From Escherichia phage 241Ecol014PP, in sequence record OR062943.1: a DNA stretch of 64,000 nt, one strand, 5' to 3'. The notes under the pieces are model-generated. The model did no database searches and had not been told where the DNA came from. It saw only the letters and a list, made by a program, of their open reading frames with translations. The position numbers and the translations under genes were made by a program. Below are positions 20,699 through 30,284 of the stretch, piece after piece (position 1 is the stretch's first letter; every line of letters starts with the position of its first letter).

Positions 20699-21169
20699 TT
20701 ACTCCGGTTCAGGATCTGGGTAATCTTCAATAATAAAGGGCCATCCGTTCCGCTTAGCCTCAGACTTATACTCGATCTCCTTCATTGCAAACTCTAACTG
20801 ATTCTTAGCCGGAATACATGCCGGAGAATCATCAATCCAGATATCTGGGTAGATATCAAACTGCGCCAGATAGGCTGCCTTCTGAACACCACCAGTATAA
20901 AACACACCAACATCGAGCTCCTTGCGCCAATACTCAATGTCTACATTGTCTTGAGTAATGAATCGGAAAGTTACAAGGTAGACTGTCCACCCCTCATTCT
21001 TTAGATCCCTGATCAGGCGGGAGAAGATGAAAGGGCTCGCATTAAACGTTCCATCAAAGTCAATGGCAATGATGTGCGTGCCGTGGCGAGTCTCATATGG
21101 ATTGCTAGTGGTAAGATTGCTGTAGTTAAAAGGAACTTCTTCCCCGCAGTAGCTGTAGTCCATATTCAC
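20699..21169 (-). CDS. HAD-superfamily phosphatase (nucleotidase-like)
   Basis: motif I IIAIDFDGT and acidic WIDDSP motif. Confidence 0.5.
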   Translation of the reverse strand: MNMDYSYCGEEVPFNYSNLTTSNPYETRHGTHIIAIDFDGTFNASPFIFSRLIRDLKNEGWTVYLVTFRFITQDNVDIEYWRKELDVGVFYTGGVQKAAYLAQFDIYPDIWIDDSPACIPAKNQLEFAMKEIEYKSEAKRNGWPFIIEDYPDPEPE

Positions 21170-21441
21170 ACCTTCTCGTTGATAAATTTACGGGCGGTTT
21201 GGTGAGTTGTTTCTGCTGTCTTCAGAATGATATTAATTTTATTGTCAAGATCATTCATCTCTGCAGTTAATTCAGGAATCTCTCCGGCATGCATAGTGAA
21301 ATCATACATAGACATTCCCAGAATCTCATTGATGCGGCGGTTGCATTCTGCAGCACGCTGGTTCATTTTCCAAGCTAACACCAAAGCCTCCTGCGTAGCC
21401 TCTAGTGCAAAATCTAATACGTCGGCCTCTTCTTTCGTCAT
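21166..21441 (-). CDS. hypothetical protein
   Basis: 91-aa ORF overlapping neighbour by 4 nt. Confidence 0.4.
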   Translation of the reverse strand: MTKEEADVLDFALEATQEALVLAWKMNQRAAECNRRINEILGMSMYDFTMHAGEIPELTAEMNDLDNKINIILKTAETTHQTARKFINEKV

Positions 21442-21498
21442 GTCAGTCTCTCCTGTTGTATTGTTGGTAGGTGTATGAATACCTTATAACTCACCTTT

Positions 21499-22065
21499 TT
21501 ATTCAAACTGCAATAGTAAATCCACCACCGCGCTAGGTCTGTCAACAAATTCCCCTGGCCCACATGCCCATAAAGGGTATCCGTCTACATACCGCCAAAT
21601 CCAACCTGCAGTGTGGAGTTCGAGCAGGGCAGTACCGTCCTTGCTGTCAACCACTCTTTCCCACAGTGTTGGGCAGCGAAGCTTGAGAATCGGATCACCT
21701 CCCTTATACCCATCCATGTAGATACCCATTGCAAAGTTCAGCATCATCTTTTTGTGCACCGATCTCTTACTGAGGGTGCTCATCACTTCCTCTTTGTGAA
21801 TGTTTGTAAGCCTCTCCTTGGCTACCCGCAGATCGTTGCAACCATTGTTCAGCAGATCTTCCAGACACTTGATCCGAAGGTCGTGAATGTCTTTGTCGTG
21901 TACCGTTGGCACAGGGTCGTAGCGGTATAGCACTGTTGATACAAGGTTGCTCGGGTGTGGGTCTGACAGCAACCCATAACCCCAATACTCTTCTGTATCT
22001 GAAAGGACAAGACACCCAATGTCTCTGTCAAGCTTTCCTGTGTTGTAAGCCACATTGACCGCCAT
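21499..22065 (-). CDS. hypothetical protein
   Basis: 188-aa ORF. Confidence 0.4.
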   Translation of the reverse strand: MAVNVAYNTGKLDRDIGCLVLSDTEEYWGYGLLSDPHPSNLVSTVLYRYDPVPTVHDKDIHDLRIKCLEDLLNNGCNDLRVAKERLTNIHKEEVMSTLSKRSVHKKMMLNFAMGIYMDGYKGGDPILKLRCPTLWERVVDSKDGTALLELHTAGWIWRYVDGYPLWACGPGEFVDRPSAVVDLLLQFE

Positions 22066-22067
22066 GA

Positions 22068-22313
22068 CTATAGCTCCACTAGCAAAGTGCTTTCAAAGTG
22101 CCGTTCATGCAGACCGTTGTAAGGAACCACTTCTACAACGCCATCACGGACATATGAGGCCATCATGGTGGTATAATCTCCAAACGGGTTGGTATTGTCA
22201 CTAACCACAACCACCTTCTGCCCTTCCTTGGCAGAGTGCCAAATAGATCTGCACTTCATCAGGTGTTCGAGAGCTCCAGGTAAAATTTTGTTACGTTCTT
22301 TACGGGTCTTCAT
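22068..22313 (-). CDS. hypothetical protein
   Basis: 81-aa ORF. Confidence 0.4.
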   Translation of the reverse strand: MKTRKERNKILPGALEHLMKCRSIWHSAKEGQKVVVVSDNTNPFGDYTTMMASYVRDGVVEVVPYNGLHERHFESTLLVEL

Positions 22314-22759
22314 AACAGATATAGCTCCTTATGAAAGTGGTCTTTTAATTTCTCACTGAGAAACTTCTTGATACCTTCCTCTAAAGTGTTTTCGATGTAG
22401 TCCAGCTTAACTGCTTCGATGGACATATCATAGATCGCCAGCTCTAAGCTGTCAAGTCCCATCATAGCATGAACCATAAGATTTTCATCTTCAGATACAT
22501 TTAGGGGACTTCCTATAACATCTGGAGGCAGAATAGTTTCCCAATTATTCTGGGTGGTAGTTCTCCCTCCCTCTACTTTACGGCGCAGTTCGAATGTGTT
22601 CTTAGTGTAGAACACTTCATAAGAAACGATACGACTGTCGCTCTCATAATAAACGAAGTTCAGGTAGGAGCCTAGCCGCAGTCGGCAAACTTCCACCCCA
22701 AACCATTGTTTCTTATAAGAATTCAGGCTAATGCTGTCGCATTCACGTTTGCTCAACAC
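22310..22759 (-). CDS. hypothetical protein
   Basis: 149-aa ORF. Confidence 0.4.
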   Translation of the reverse strand: MLSKRECDSISLNSYKKQWFGVEVCRLRLGSYLNFVYYESDSRIVSYEVFYTKNTFELRRKVEGGRTTTQNNWETILPPDVIGSPLNVSEDENLMVHAMMGLDSLELAIYDMSIEAVKLDYIENTLEEGIKKFLSEKLKDHFHKELYLL

Positions 22760-22775
22760 GGCTCTCTCCTTTTTG

Positions 22776-23009
22776 TTAATCTTCGTAAATCAGGATTTCT
22801 GCTTTAGGTTTTCGTGCTTTCAGGTCCAGCTCTATCCAGTGCACCATAGCTGTTTCAAGAAAAACAGCTTGGATGCATCCGTCCTCAGCGTGCCCCACCA
22901 ACATAACAAGATCTTCACCTTCGTCATCTGCATCACGAACATACAGAATCTCTCCAGATTCAAAGTCTTTCACAACCTGATTGTTGGATAATTTACGAAT
23001 TTTTGCCAT
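22776..23009 (-). CDS. hypothetical protein
   Basis: 77-aa ORF. Confidence 0.4.
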   Translation of the reverse strand: MAKIRKLSNNQVVKDFESGEILYVRDADDEGEDLVMLVGHAEDGCIQAVFLETAMVHWIELDLKARKPKAEILIYED

Positions 23010-23010
23010 A

Positions 23011-23274
23011 TCAGAAACCCTCTAAAAAGCTCTTGTAGAAAACAATCTCAGTATCAACACCAGTAACGATCTTGTCGTTCCTGATTTCATCCGTAAGGTA
23101 GGTGTCAAAACGCAGAACCTGTGTGGTATTGTCACACATCCACTCAGCTGTGACCATAGCGAAAATCTTAGCATCTTCATTATCTGGTGTGAATGTTACC
23201 ACCTCGCCGCATTTAAACTTTTCGATGGGTTGAGTGTTAGCTTTCGGTTCTGCAATGGTGATTTTCGTGGTCAT
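23011..23274 (-). CDS. hypothetical protein
   Basis: 87-aa ORF. Confidence 0.4.
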   Translation of the reverse strand: MTTKITIAEPKANTQPIEKFKCGEVVTFTPDNEDAKIFAMVTAEWMCDNTTQVLRFDTYLTDEIRNDKIVTGVDTEIVFYKSFLEGF

Positions 23275-23534
23275 TACTCTTCCTCCATAGTTTCACCAAA
23301 TACTTCGATACGAGCATCGAGCTCGGTTGCTTTCAGCTCTCCAACAAAATCTTTTAGTTCTTTCTCGTCCAGATCGTAAGCCCACACACAAGAGGAACAT
23401 GCAGATTTCACAATCAGCAGCGTAGATACACGGCCTGACTCTGTGATCATGCTCACAATGGTTCCCACAGGGAACGTGTTGATAGCTTTTTTTTTAACTG
23501 GGCGTTCAGATTTGATTACTACTTCTGTTGCCAT
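23274..23534 (-). CDS. hypothetical protein
   Basis: 86-aa ORF. Confidence 0.4.
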   Translation of the reverse strand: MATEVVIKSERPVKKKAINTFPVGTIVSMITESGRVSTLLIVKSACSSCVWAYDLDEKELKDFVGELKATELDARIEVFGETMEEE

Positions 23535-23549
23535 AAATAACGTCCTCTC

Positions 23550-25031
23550 TTACTTGGCGTACTCGATTAATTCCACAGTTTTCCCAAAGCTAGGGATATA
23601 ATTTTTATTATACCCTTCAGTGAGAACCCATAAAGTATCGTACTTTTTCCACTTATTGTCAACAGCCTTTTGTTCAAAGTTATGCTCAAAGTATAGGTCG
23701 GTCAGGACGATGACATCTTTTGCATTCGGTATGTTGGCATCCAGATACTCGAACACGCAAGCAGCTGTTGTGCCCCATGTTGAGTGGACCTCATAGTTGA
23801 TCATCTCATCTATGTTACCGCGAGTGTATACTTTGACCTCTCCAACCTCGGTTGACCAACAGAACATCGTAACCTTAAACTCTTTATACAGATTGCACAA
23901 TCCGGTGATTTCATTGAACATTTTCTTTAAAGTTCTTTGAGATATCGAGCCAGAAACGTCTAAAGCTACAACAATATCTATAGTGTTTTCAGGATTACGA
24001 CCGGGAACAATAACGTGCTGGTTCTTGTTTATAGCCCCAACTTTTCGCATTGTGCTGGTCAAAGAACCAGATCGGCGACCAGGTTTTCTGTAGGTCAGTT
24101 CAGCCTTTCGTTTAGACAACATGCGTTGCTTAATAATGTCTATATAGTTGATTACAGGCTTACCTCTGTTCTTGACAAACTCACGCACCGCCTCAGGGCA
24201 ACGACCTCCGGAAGCTTGCATTGCTGCCTCCAGCATGTCACCAGAGTCCTGCATGGCCTGATCTTTATCAGATTGGCTGATTACAGGTTGTGGCTGATCA
24301 TATCCCAGAGCCTTTCCAAGATCATCACTGGTGCCACCGTTCCCACTCATGTGATCATCGGTTTGTCGCTTATCCCCTTGAGAGTTCTCACCTTTACCGC
24401 TCTTACTTTTACCGTTATTCTGATCTCTTTGCTTATCAAGAACTGCATAGACGTTCTCAGCAATCCACCCATGAAACTTCATGTCGCAGTAGCAGCTGGC
24501 TAAGAAGCCAAAAGGCTTACCTTTCACAAACGTAGTGCTTTTCCCCTTCGGGAAGAAAACACAAGGGGGCTTGCTAAAGTCAACCACAAGACCTGTGTTG
24601 ATAACGTGATCACAAGCAATATTGAACAGTTCCGGCTCAAAGCTTTTGCCACGGACCAGGTGATCACAGATAATATGCCCCACCTCATGTGACAGAAGGA
24701 AAGCCACCTCTTTCACAGATTTGGGGGAATAGAAAACTTCAGCCATCTCAAACTGCTCGCCAGTTAGAGAGGCCTTAAGAATAGCCTTGCGTTCATCAGC
24801 CAACCCCATAATGAACTCAGGACTGTAATAGATGCGTTTATGGTCGGTTGCCATGGTGGAGCACCATGTGTGGTTTTCTACGAACTGTAACCCTGACAGC
24901 AGTGTGCCATAAAACGGCAGCTTTTCAAGGAGATACATACGTGCAGCCTGTAACATTCTCAGGGCATCATCTTTCTGTGAGGCAATGATTTCTGAACTTC
25001 TGCTATCCATTAAAACTCCAGAAGGGGCCAT
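23550..25031 (-). CDS. vWA-domain protein with N-terminal HExxH metallopeptidase-like motif
   Basis: 493 aa; LSHEVGHIICDH (HExxH) in N-half; C-half VVALDVSGSISQ MIDAS-type motif. Confidence 0.55.
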   Translation of the reverse strand: MAPSGVLMDSRSSEIIASQKDDALRMLQAARMYLLEKLPFYGTLLSGLQFVENHTWCSTMATDHKRIYYSPEFIMGLADERKAILKASLTGEQFEMAEVFYSPKSVKEVAFLLSHEVGHIICDHLVRGKSFEPELFNIACDHVINTGLVVDFSKPPCVFFPKGKSTTFVKGKPFGFLASCYCDMKFHGWIAENVYAVLDKQRDQNNGKSKSGKGENSQGDKRQTDDHMSGNGGTSDDLGKALGYDQPQPVISQSDKDQAMQDSGDMLEAAMQASGGRCPEAVREFVKNRGKPVINYIDIIKQRMLSKRKAELTYRKPGRRSGSLTSTMRKVGAINKNQHVIVPGRNPENTIDIVVALDVSGSISQRTLKKMFNEITGLCNLYKEFKVTMFCWSTEVGEVKVYTRGNIDEMINYEVHSTWGTTAACVFEYLDANIPNAKDVIVLTDLYFEHNFEQKAVDNKWKKYDTLWVLTEGYNKNYIPSFGKTVELIEYAK

Positions 25032-25043
25032 TGGCCCCTGTTA

Positions 25044-26087
25044 TTATTTAACGTGTTTGAAAATACCTGCCAACTCGGTCATTGTCATGCGGGTGGTCTT
25101 CATAAGATCTGTCATAGCTTTCTCCATAATTGGGGATACTACCATAAAGTTTCCTTTAGTGAAACCTTTATTCCAGTCGGTCACTAACAGGGGTTTAAGT
25201 CCAGCTCCGAGACGTTCACCAGTTAAAGCACAGCATTTGCGAATATACAAACTCTTAAATTGGCTGAACGACAGATCAACCTTCATACCTGCATCGTAGA
25301 ACGTTTGACAATAGAAAGTGTAAGCCTTAGCAACCTCAACATCATCAGGCAGTGCAGGAACCTCTTCTGCAATCTCCTCTTCGACCTCCTGAGGCTCTTT
25401 TTCCTCTTCAGAGTTCTGTTCTTCAATTTCTTCTGTCACAGTTTCGTTTACGATGTCTGAAATGTGTTTGTTGGCTGCACGATCAGCCATGAAATTTTTA
25501 AAGTCCTGCATTGGTGACATATCTTCTTCCTCTTCGTCAAAAAGTGCTAGTTTATCTTCTTCTGTCCCGTATTGCAAGATGAAATCTTCAAAAGTATAAT
25601 CACCTTTCAATTTCTCCATACGCTCTTCGCTCAGGTGGAGCATCATCTGCTGGACAATTTTTCGATCAGTTTCGTCTTTAATCAAGACTGCAGTCTTTTT
25701 ATCTACCAGACAGTCCTTCAGAGCGTTGCACCTCAACCCTACCACACAACAATTATCAATTGCGTAAGGACCTTCATCATCTATCCGCTCCAGAGATGGG
25801 TAGAAAGGATTTCCCAGTCCGTTTTCATCTGTGTGCGTGTCGAAAGGTATAAGGGTATAGTCGCATACCCCTTCTCCTAAAAGTTTTTTACCAAATAGGA
25901 GGTATTCTTCCCACGACAGTTCGAACTCTATATCTCGTTTCCGTGCATTATTCTTTTTGCGTCTATATTTTTTGAGCAGGCGCTCTAACTCTTCTGTTGT
26001 ATAATATTTTTCAAGATTCATGAGTTGTCTCTCGTGCTCTGTAAGTGAAGAAATCGTATCAATTGTCTCAACAGATGTCAACATCAA
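25044..26087 (-). CDS. HNH_3-like nuclease-domain protein (two tandem modules, acidic linker)
   Basis: 347 aa; PSLERIDDEGPYAIDNC..CN motif and a weaker second copy; Glu-rich linker; likely ATG at 26084. Confidence 0.35.
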   Translation of the reverse strand: MMLTSVETIDTISSLTEHERQLMNLEKYYTTEELERLLKKYRRKKNNARKRDIEFELSWEEYLLFGKKLLGEGVCDYTLIPFDTHTDENGLGNPFYPSLERIDDEGPYAIDNCCVVGLRCNALKDCLVDKKTAVLIKDETDRKIVQQMMLHLSEERMEKLKGDYTFEDFILQYGTEEDKLALFDEEEEDMSPMQDFKNFMADRAANKHISDIVNETVTEEIEEQNSEEEKEPQEVEEEIAEEVPALPDDVEVAKAYTFYCQTFYDAGMKVDLSFSQFKSLYIRKCCALTGERLGAGLKPLLVTDWNKGFTKGNFMVVSPIMEKAMTDLMKTTRMTMTELAGIFKHVK

Positions 26088-26094
26088 GAACGTG

Positions 26095-26123
26095 TTGACT
26101 TTACTCTAAATCTCCGATATAGT
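26095..26123 (+). promoter_or_regulatory. sigma70-like promoter in divergent intergenic region
   Basis: TTGACT, 17-nt spacer, TATAGT; 40 nt upstream of ATG at 26164. Confidence 0.5.
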
Positions 26124-26163
26124 GCACCCATTCGAAAGAAAACCAACATAGGAGCACTCACTC

Positions 26164-27063
26164 ATGGCAAATCTTAACAGTTTTAGTACTCGGTGGCAAC
26201 AGGATATAACAACCAATCTCTCGGCTGGAGACATTCTTTCTGCAATTTACGAGGCTTTAGATGCTAAAGCTACTTCAAAAGCGGTTTGTACCAACCCCCT
26301 AATCCCTGTAGTGATGAAGGTGATTGAGCGTAGATTGGTATCTGGGTCTGATAAGTGGACATATTTAGATAATGAAGGACACACCTATTCCAATGGGTAT
26401 GTCGATATAAAAGTAGAATACGCGGTATCATACCGCCGGAGCGGTTCTGTAACTTTCAACTTCTCTGGAGGTTTTCGATCTCTGGCTACCTCACCTTTTG
26501 TTTCCTCAGAGGAGAAGTATGAGCTGCCATTTCTTTGGATGATGGCTAACGCGACAGGAAAAACCCCCGTTAGCATCCGAGTAGAATACAACTACAACGG
26601 ATCTAGTAAGATCTATGCCGAAAGTGTCTCAGCAAGTTTTTATTTTGTGATGGGGGATGGAATCCTCAAACATATAAAGATGTGTGATATGCATGATGTT
26701 ATAAATGAAGTGACTGATAAGAATGTTCTAGTGAAAGACCTCAACAATTTTTATACACCCGGAGACTATTACGTCAGCCGTCCACTGTGCATCTTTAATG
26801 CCGCACATCCTCTAGGTGAGTATTTGATCGCCAATAGCGATATTGCCAATAACCGCTTCGAGGTAGCAAGAGTTCAGAATGAGGTATTGACATCTTGTAA
26901 GAGCGGTGATAAGTTTACCGAAGAAGAGATGGGTGTTTTAGAAATGATGGGATATAAGTGTAGCCTTTGGGTAGATGAGGTGTTCAATGATTGCATCTAT
27001 GGACAGGATATTTACCCATTAAAGAAGTATACTGATTCCAGTTTAATTTACGCGGAGATTTGA
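26164..27063 (+). CDS. hypothetical protein
   Basis: 299-aa ORF, first gene of + strand block. Confidence 0.45.
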   Translation: MANLNSFSTRWQQDITTNLSAGDILSAIYEALDAKATSKAVCTNPLIPVVMKVIERRLVSGSDKWTYLDNEGHTYSNGYVDIKVEYAVSYRRSGSVTFNFSGGFRSLATSPFVSSEEKYELPFLWMMANATGKTPVSIRVEYNYNGSSKIYAESVSASFYFVMGDGILKHIKMCDMHDVINEVTDKNVLVKDLNNFYTPGDYYVSRPLCIFNAAHPLGEYLIANSDIANNRFEVARVQNEVLTSCKSGDKFTEEEMGVLEMMGYKCSLWVDEVFNDCIYGQDIYPLKKYTDSSLIYAEI

Positions 27064-27338
27064 CTATGATGAAGTCATGTGGTAGTGTATATTATGTTGG
27101 TGAGAATGTTCAGGCAGATAGTGTGTGGAAATCCATTAAGTCCACCACCGATGATGCCTTTCTGAGCGGGTTATGTTTTCCCAGCCCAGGGGACACTCTC
27201 CCTTACCCTGGAGATTTTGTTGTCAACAAGATGGACGGTTATACCGTGTGCCTGATGGTTGAAAAAATCTTTTTAGACACTAGACACAATCACCGTCTTG
27301 TGTTAAAATTTCAAGAATGTAAAATGACAATTGCCTAA
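27060..27338 (+). CDS. hypothetical protein
   Basis: 92-aa ORF, 4-nt overlap with upstream gene. Confidence 0.35.
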   Translation: MTMMKSCGSVYYVGENVQADSVWKSIKSTTDDAFLSGLCFPSPGDTLPYPGDFVVNKMDGYTVCLMVEKIFLDTRHNHRLVLKFQECKMTIA

Positions 27339-27351
27339 GGAGACCTTGCCG

Positions 27352-27708
27352 ATGTCTAAAGTTACTTATCGTGCAGCTATTTACTGCAATGAACACCCAA
27401 TCAATAATGATGGTCACTGCCTTTTTAAAGAAAATCAATTGGGCTGTATTGTCCTCCCTGATGAAGGGGAAGGTTATCTGATTGCATTGACAGGGTTTGA
27501 ACCTGAGGCTCTGGAAGCCAATCTGGACTACCTGGTAGAAGAGGGTGCTGCAGACCTGGTTGCCAATGGCCTCTCCATAAGCCTTGACGAAGTGGAGCGC
27601 TTCATGGGTAATTACCGTGTAGTGCGTGAGTTTACTATCGAGGTTGAAACTCCAGAGTGGGGCAGCCCTGAAACTAATGTCGAAGAAAAAGAAGAGGAGG
27701 TAGAATAA
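27352..27708 (+). CDS. hypothetical acidic protein
   Basis: ATG at 27352, 8 nt after AGGAGA; track ORF begins earlier at TTG 27331. Confidence 0.4.
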   Translation: MSKVTYRAAIYCNEHPINNDGHCLFKENQLGCIVLPDEGEGYLIALTGFEPEALEANLDYLVEEGAADLVANGLSISLDEVERFMGNYRVVREFTIEVETPEWGSPETNVEEKEEEVE

Positions 27709-27965
27709 TGAAAGTGCAGATCTTGACTAATGCCGAGAAGATGTTTATTGAAGATACACCTTTTGAAGCTGGTGAGCTACAGTTCGTTTATTTTGTTGAC
27801 TTAGATAAGGTGTTTCCTGCACTGAATCTAGGTTTTGATGAAGTTCCTCATAAGGTTTTGTGCCAAGTTGTTCGTGCCTTAGCGGCAGAGGGGGAGTTCC
27901 GCACCCTTCAAGATGTCCAGACCTACGGGTACCTTGAACTACAACGAGAAGAAGAGGTGGACTGA
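27708..27965 (+). CDS. hypothetical protein
   Basis: 85-aa ORF with GAGGAGG RBS. Confidence 0.4.
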   Translation: MKVQILTNAEKMFIEDTPFEAGELQFVYFVDLDKVFPALNLGFDEVPHKVLCQVVRALAAEGEFRTLQDVQTYGYLELQREEEVD

Positions 27966-27967
27966 TA

Positions 27968-28348
27968 ATGGCTCAGTGGAAGACAACAGTTGACCTTCAT
28001 GATCAGTGGTTAGGACGCATCACTGAAGACGGGAAGCTAGTGGAGTGGGACAATAAGCATGTTAGCGAGTTGGCAAGTATTGTGGCTGGTAAGTTACGCT
28101 CCAAGTTCCCTGAACAACTGGATCCTGATAGTTCAAAGTTCGATCCTGAGTTGGAGGATGTTGTATACTACTTCGATACCGTGGATGACTACGATGCGTG
28201 GTTTGCAGCACGGGAGCTTTACCCACAAGGCTCTGCTATGCGCCAGATGGAAGAAGATTATCCTCCGTGTGAGCAATTCAATAGTGCAATGACTTGCCTC
28301 TATGATTGGGCAGATAAGAACCTTGTCTGGATTCGGACTGCATTTTAG
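27968..28348 (+). CDS. hypothetical protein
   Basis: 126-aa ORF. Confidence 0.4.
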   Translation: MAQWKTTVDLHDQWLGRITEDGKLVEWDNKHVSELASIVAGKLRSKFPEQLDPDSSKFDPELEDVVYYFDTVDDYDAWFAARELYPQGSAMRQMEEDYPPCEQFNSAMTCLYDWADKNLVWIRTAF

Positions 28349-28392
28349 TGGGCAGGAATGGCGGCAAGGATGCTGCTTAAGGAGTAGTAGAG

Positions 28393-28662
28393 ATGTTATA
28401 CCAGCAATATGAACTTCGTGCAGAAAAAGAGTTAAATTTTGACAAAGATATTCACAGATATTATTATGGGAAAGTTAGAGGGCAAGCAAGAAAGTGTACT
28501 CCAACACTCTTTTATGCCAGCAGACGACTAGCGCCAGAAGAGGCAACAGCAGAAAGGGTTGCGTTCAACTGGAAAGTCACGTATGATATTGACAGATCCG
28601 ATGTGATATCTGTTTTGGAAAACTTTGAAAACACTTACACACAAGTAGAGGACTTTTACTAA
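28393..28662 (+). CDS. hypothetical protein
   Basis: 89-aa ORF, AGGAG RBS. Confidence 0.4.
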   Translation: MLYQQYELRAEKELNFDKDIHRYYYGKVRGQARKCTPTLFYASRRLAPEEATAERVAFNWKVTYDIDRSDVISVLENFENTYTQVEDFY

Positions 28663-29846
28663 TGTCAAGAAACGTATTCGAAAGTGGTCAAATCACTGTC
28701 CGTGAGTTGCCAGCTATTATTCAGTTTGCCCAACGTCATAGCCGATCTGTCCTAATTTTGGGACCAATGGGTGTGGGTAAAAGCCAGGTGATGAAGCAGA
28801 TCGCTGATAATATGTTCGGTGAGCGAGATGACAACCTTATTGACGTGCGACTGTCAGATAAAGATCCTGCCGACTTATCTGGGCTACCTATCCCTGTAGA
28901 AGCGGATGGAACTACACGTACAGTGTTTGCAATTCCAGAATTTTGGCCTGCGGATCCTGACTGGAGCGGAATTATCTTTCTGGATGAGCTCACTCATGCA
29001 GATAACTACCTGCAAAAGGTTGCAATGCAAATTATGCTTGACCACAAGTGCGGCACCTATGCATTCCCTAAGGGTTCTGTTTTTGTGGCTGCGGGTAACC
29101 GTTCTACAGATGGTGCGGTTCTTTCGGCGCTCGAAGCCCCTCTGGCTAACCGTTTTATCATTGTAGAGGTTACAAGCAATGCAGAGGTGTTTATTGAGGA
29201 CTACGCATTCCTTAATGGGGTGCATTCCTCTGTAATTGGATATTTGAAAAGAGTTCCCTCAGCTATCGATAATTATGAGGCCATGGCTGAGATTAATTGT
29301 CCATCTTTTGCCACACCGCGATCTTGGGTTGCTGCATCTGATATCTTGCACGATTTTGACAGCGGTATTATTTCTGACGCTATGGCCCGTGTTCTTCTGC
29401 AAGGTGCTATTGGTCACACTGCAGCGGTAGAGATCTGGACCTACCACACCAAGAAGCGCAACTTACCGGAAATTGGTCGGATTATGGCAGGGGGTTGCAA
29501 AGAATACGTCGGTCCTAAACAGCCAGACATCTTGTGGATTCTTGGATCTGAAGGTTGTATCGCTATTCGTAATATGATGGAAAATGCAAGTATCTCAGAC
29601 GAAGATCTTGTCAGCTGCGTGGCAAACTTCCTTGATTTCCTTTGGGAAAACTTCAAGGACGAGAACCGAGATTTTGTATTCTCAGTCTTTATGGCGATGA
29701 TGAAACCTAATGCCTTAGGAAATGCCTTGCTTATCGGTAAAGGGCGTGACAAGATCGTTGCTCAACTGATCAAAGCGTATCCAAACCTGATGAAGATTGT
29801 AAAAGAGTTTGGTGAAGAGTTTAGCGCCATTTTAGCTAAAGCTTGA
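28662..29846 (+). CDS. MoxR-like AAA+ ATPase
   Basis: Walker A GPMGVGKS, Walker B IIFLDELTHA, 394 aa. Confidence 0.6.
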   Translation: MSRNVFESGQITVRELPAIIQFAQRHSRSVLILGPMGVGKSQVMKQIADNMFGERDDNLIDVRLSDKDPADLSGLPIPVEADGTTRTVFAIPEFWPADPDWSGIIFLDELTHADNYLQKVAMQIMLDHKCGTYAFPKGSVFVAAGNRSTDGAVLSALEAPLANRFIIVEVTSNAEVFIEDYAFLNGVHSSVIGYLKRVPSAIDNYEAMAEINCPSFATPRSWVAASDILHDFDSGIISDAMARVLLQGAIGHTAAVEIWTYHTKKRNLPEIGRIMAGGCKEYVGPKQPDILWILGSEGCIAIRNMMENASISDEDLVSCVANFLDFLWENFKDENRDFVFSVFMAMMKPNALGNALLIGKGRDKIVAQLIKAYPNLMKIVKEFGEEFSAILAKA

Positions 29847-29855
29847 GGAGGTTGT

Positions 29856-30236
29856 ATGGCTAAAGTAGGTAAGCGGGGAAACTACTTGGTAGTATTGACC
29901 GAGGAGCCGGAGAAGGAGTACGAATGCAGCTCCACTTGCGTGATCGATATCCGAGAAAAAGATGTAGATGAAATCTGGTTTGAAATATTAGACGCTTGCG
30001 ACAGCAGTGATTATTTCTTCATCTATGTCAACGATAAGGCTGGGTTCTTCCATGACGACGGAGAGTTGCCATATGAAATCTATGAACTTGTAGAGGCTTG
30101 CCATCGTGGAGATGCAGAGTTGTTTGGCCTACGGCTGAAAAGTGGTAAATTCTTCTATCAAGATGAGTGCATGAATCTTCATAACTTTGTAGAGGGAACT
30201 TGCAACGATGGAGAGATTTTGGCACACTACGATTAA
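29856..30236 (+). CDS. hypothetical protein
   Basis: 126-aa ORF, GAGGAGG RBS. Confidence 0.4.
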   Translation: MAKVGKRGNYLVVLTEEPEKEYECSSTCVIDIREKDVDEIWFEILDACDSSDYFFIYVNDKAGFFHDDGELPYEIYELVEACHRGDAELFGLRLKSGKFFYQDECMNLHNFVEGTCNDGEILAHYD

Positions 30237-30247
30237 TTTCTAAGACA

Positions 30248-30275
30248 CCCCCGCTTCGGCGGGGATTTTCTATTT
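30248..30275 (+). terminator. rho-independent terminator
   Basis: CCCCGC-TTCG-GCGGGG hairpin (same stem-loop as at 3886) then ATTTTCTATTT. Confidence 0.7.
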
Positions 30276-30284
30276 GGAGTTATT

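Noticed and set aside
25023-25037. Hairpin GGGGCC-AATG-GCCCC at the start of the vWA gene as a terminator
   Set aside because: On the coding (minus) strand it is not followed by a U-run and it encloses the start codon; more likely a translation-initiation structure or coincidence
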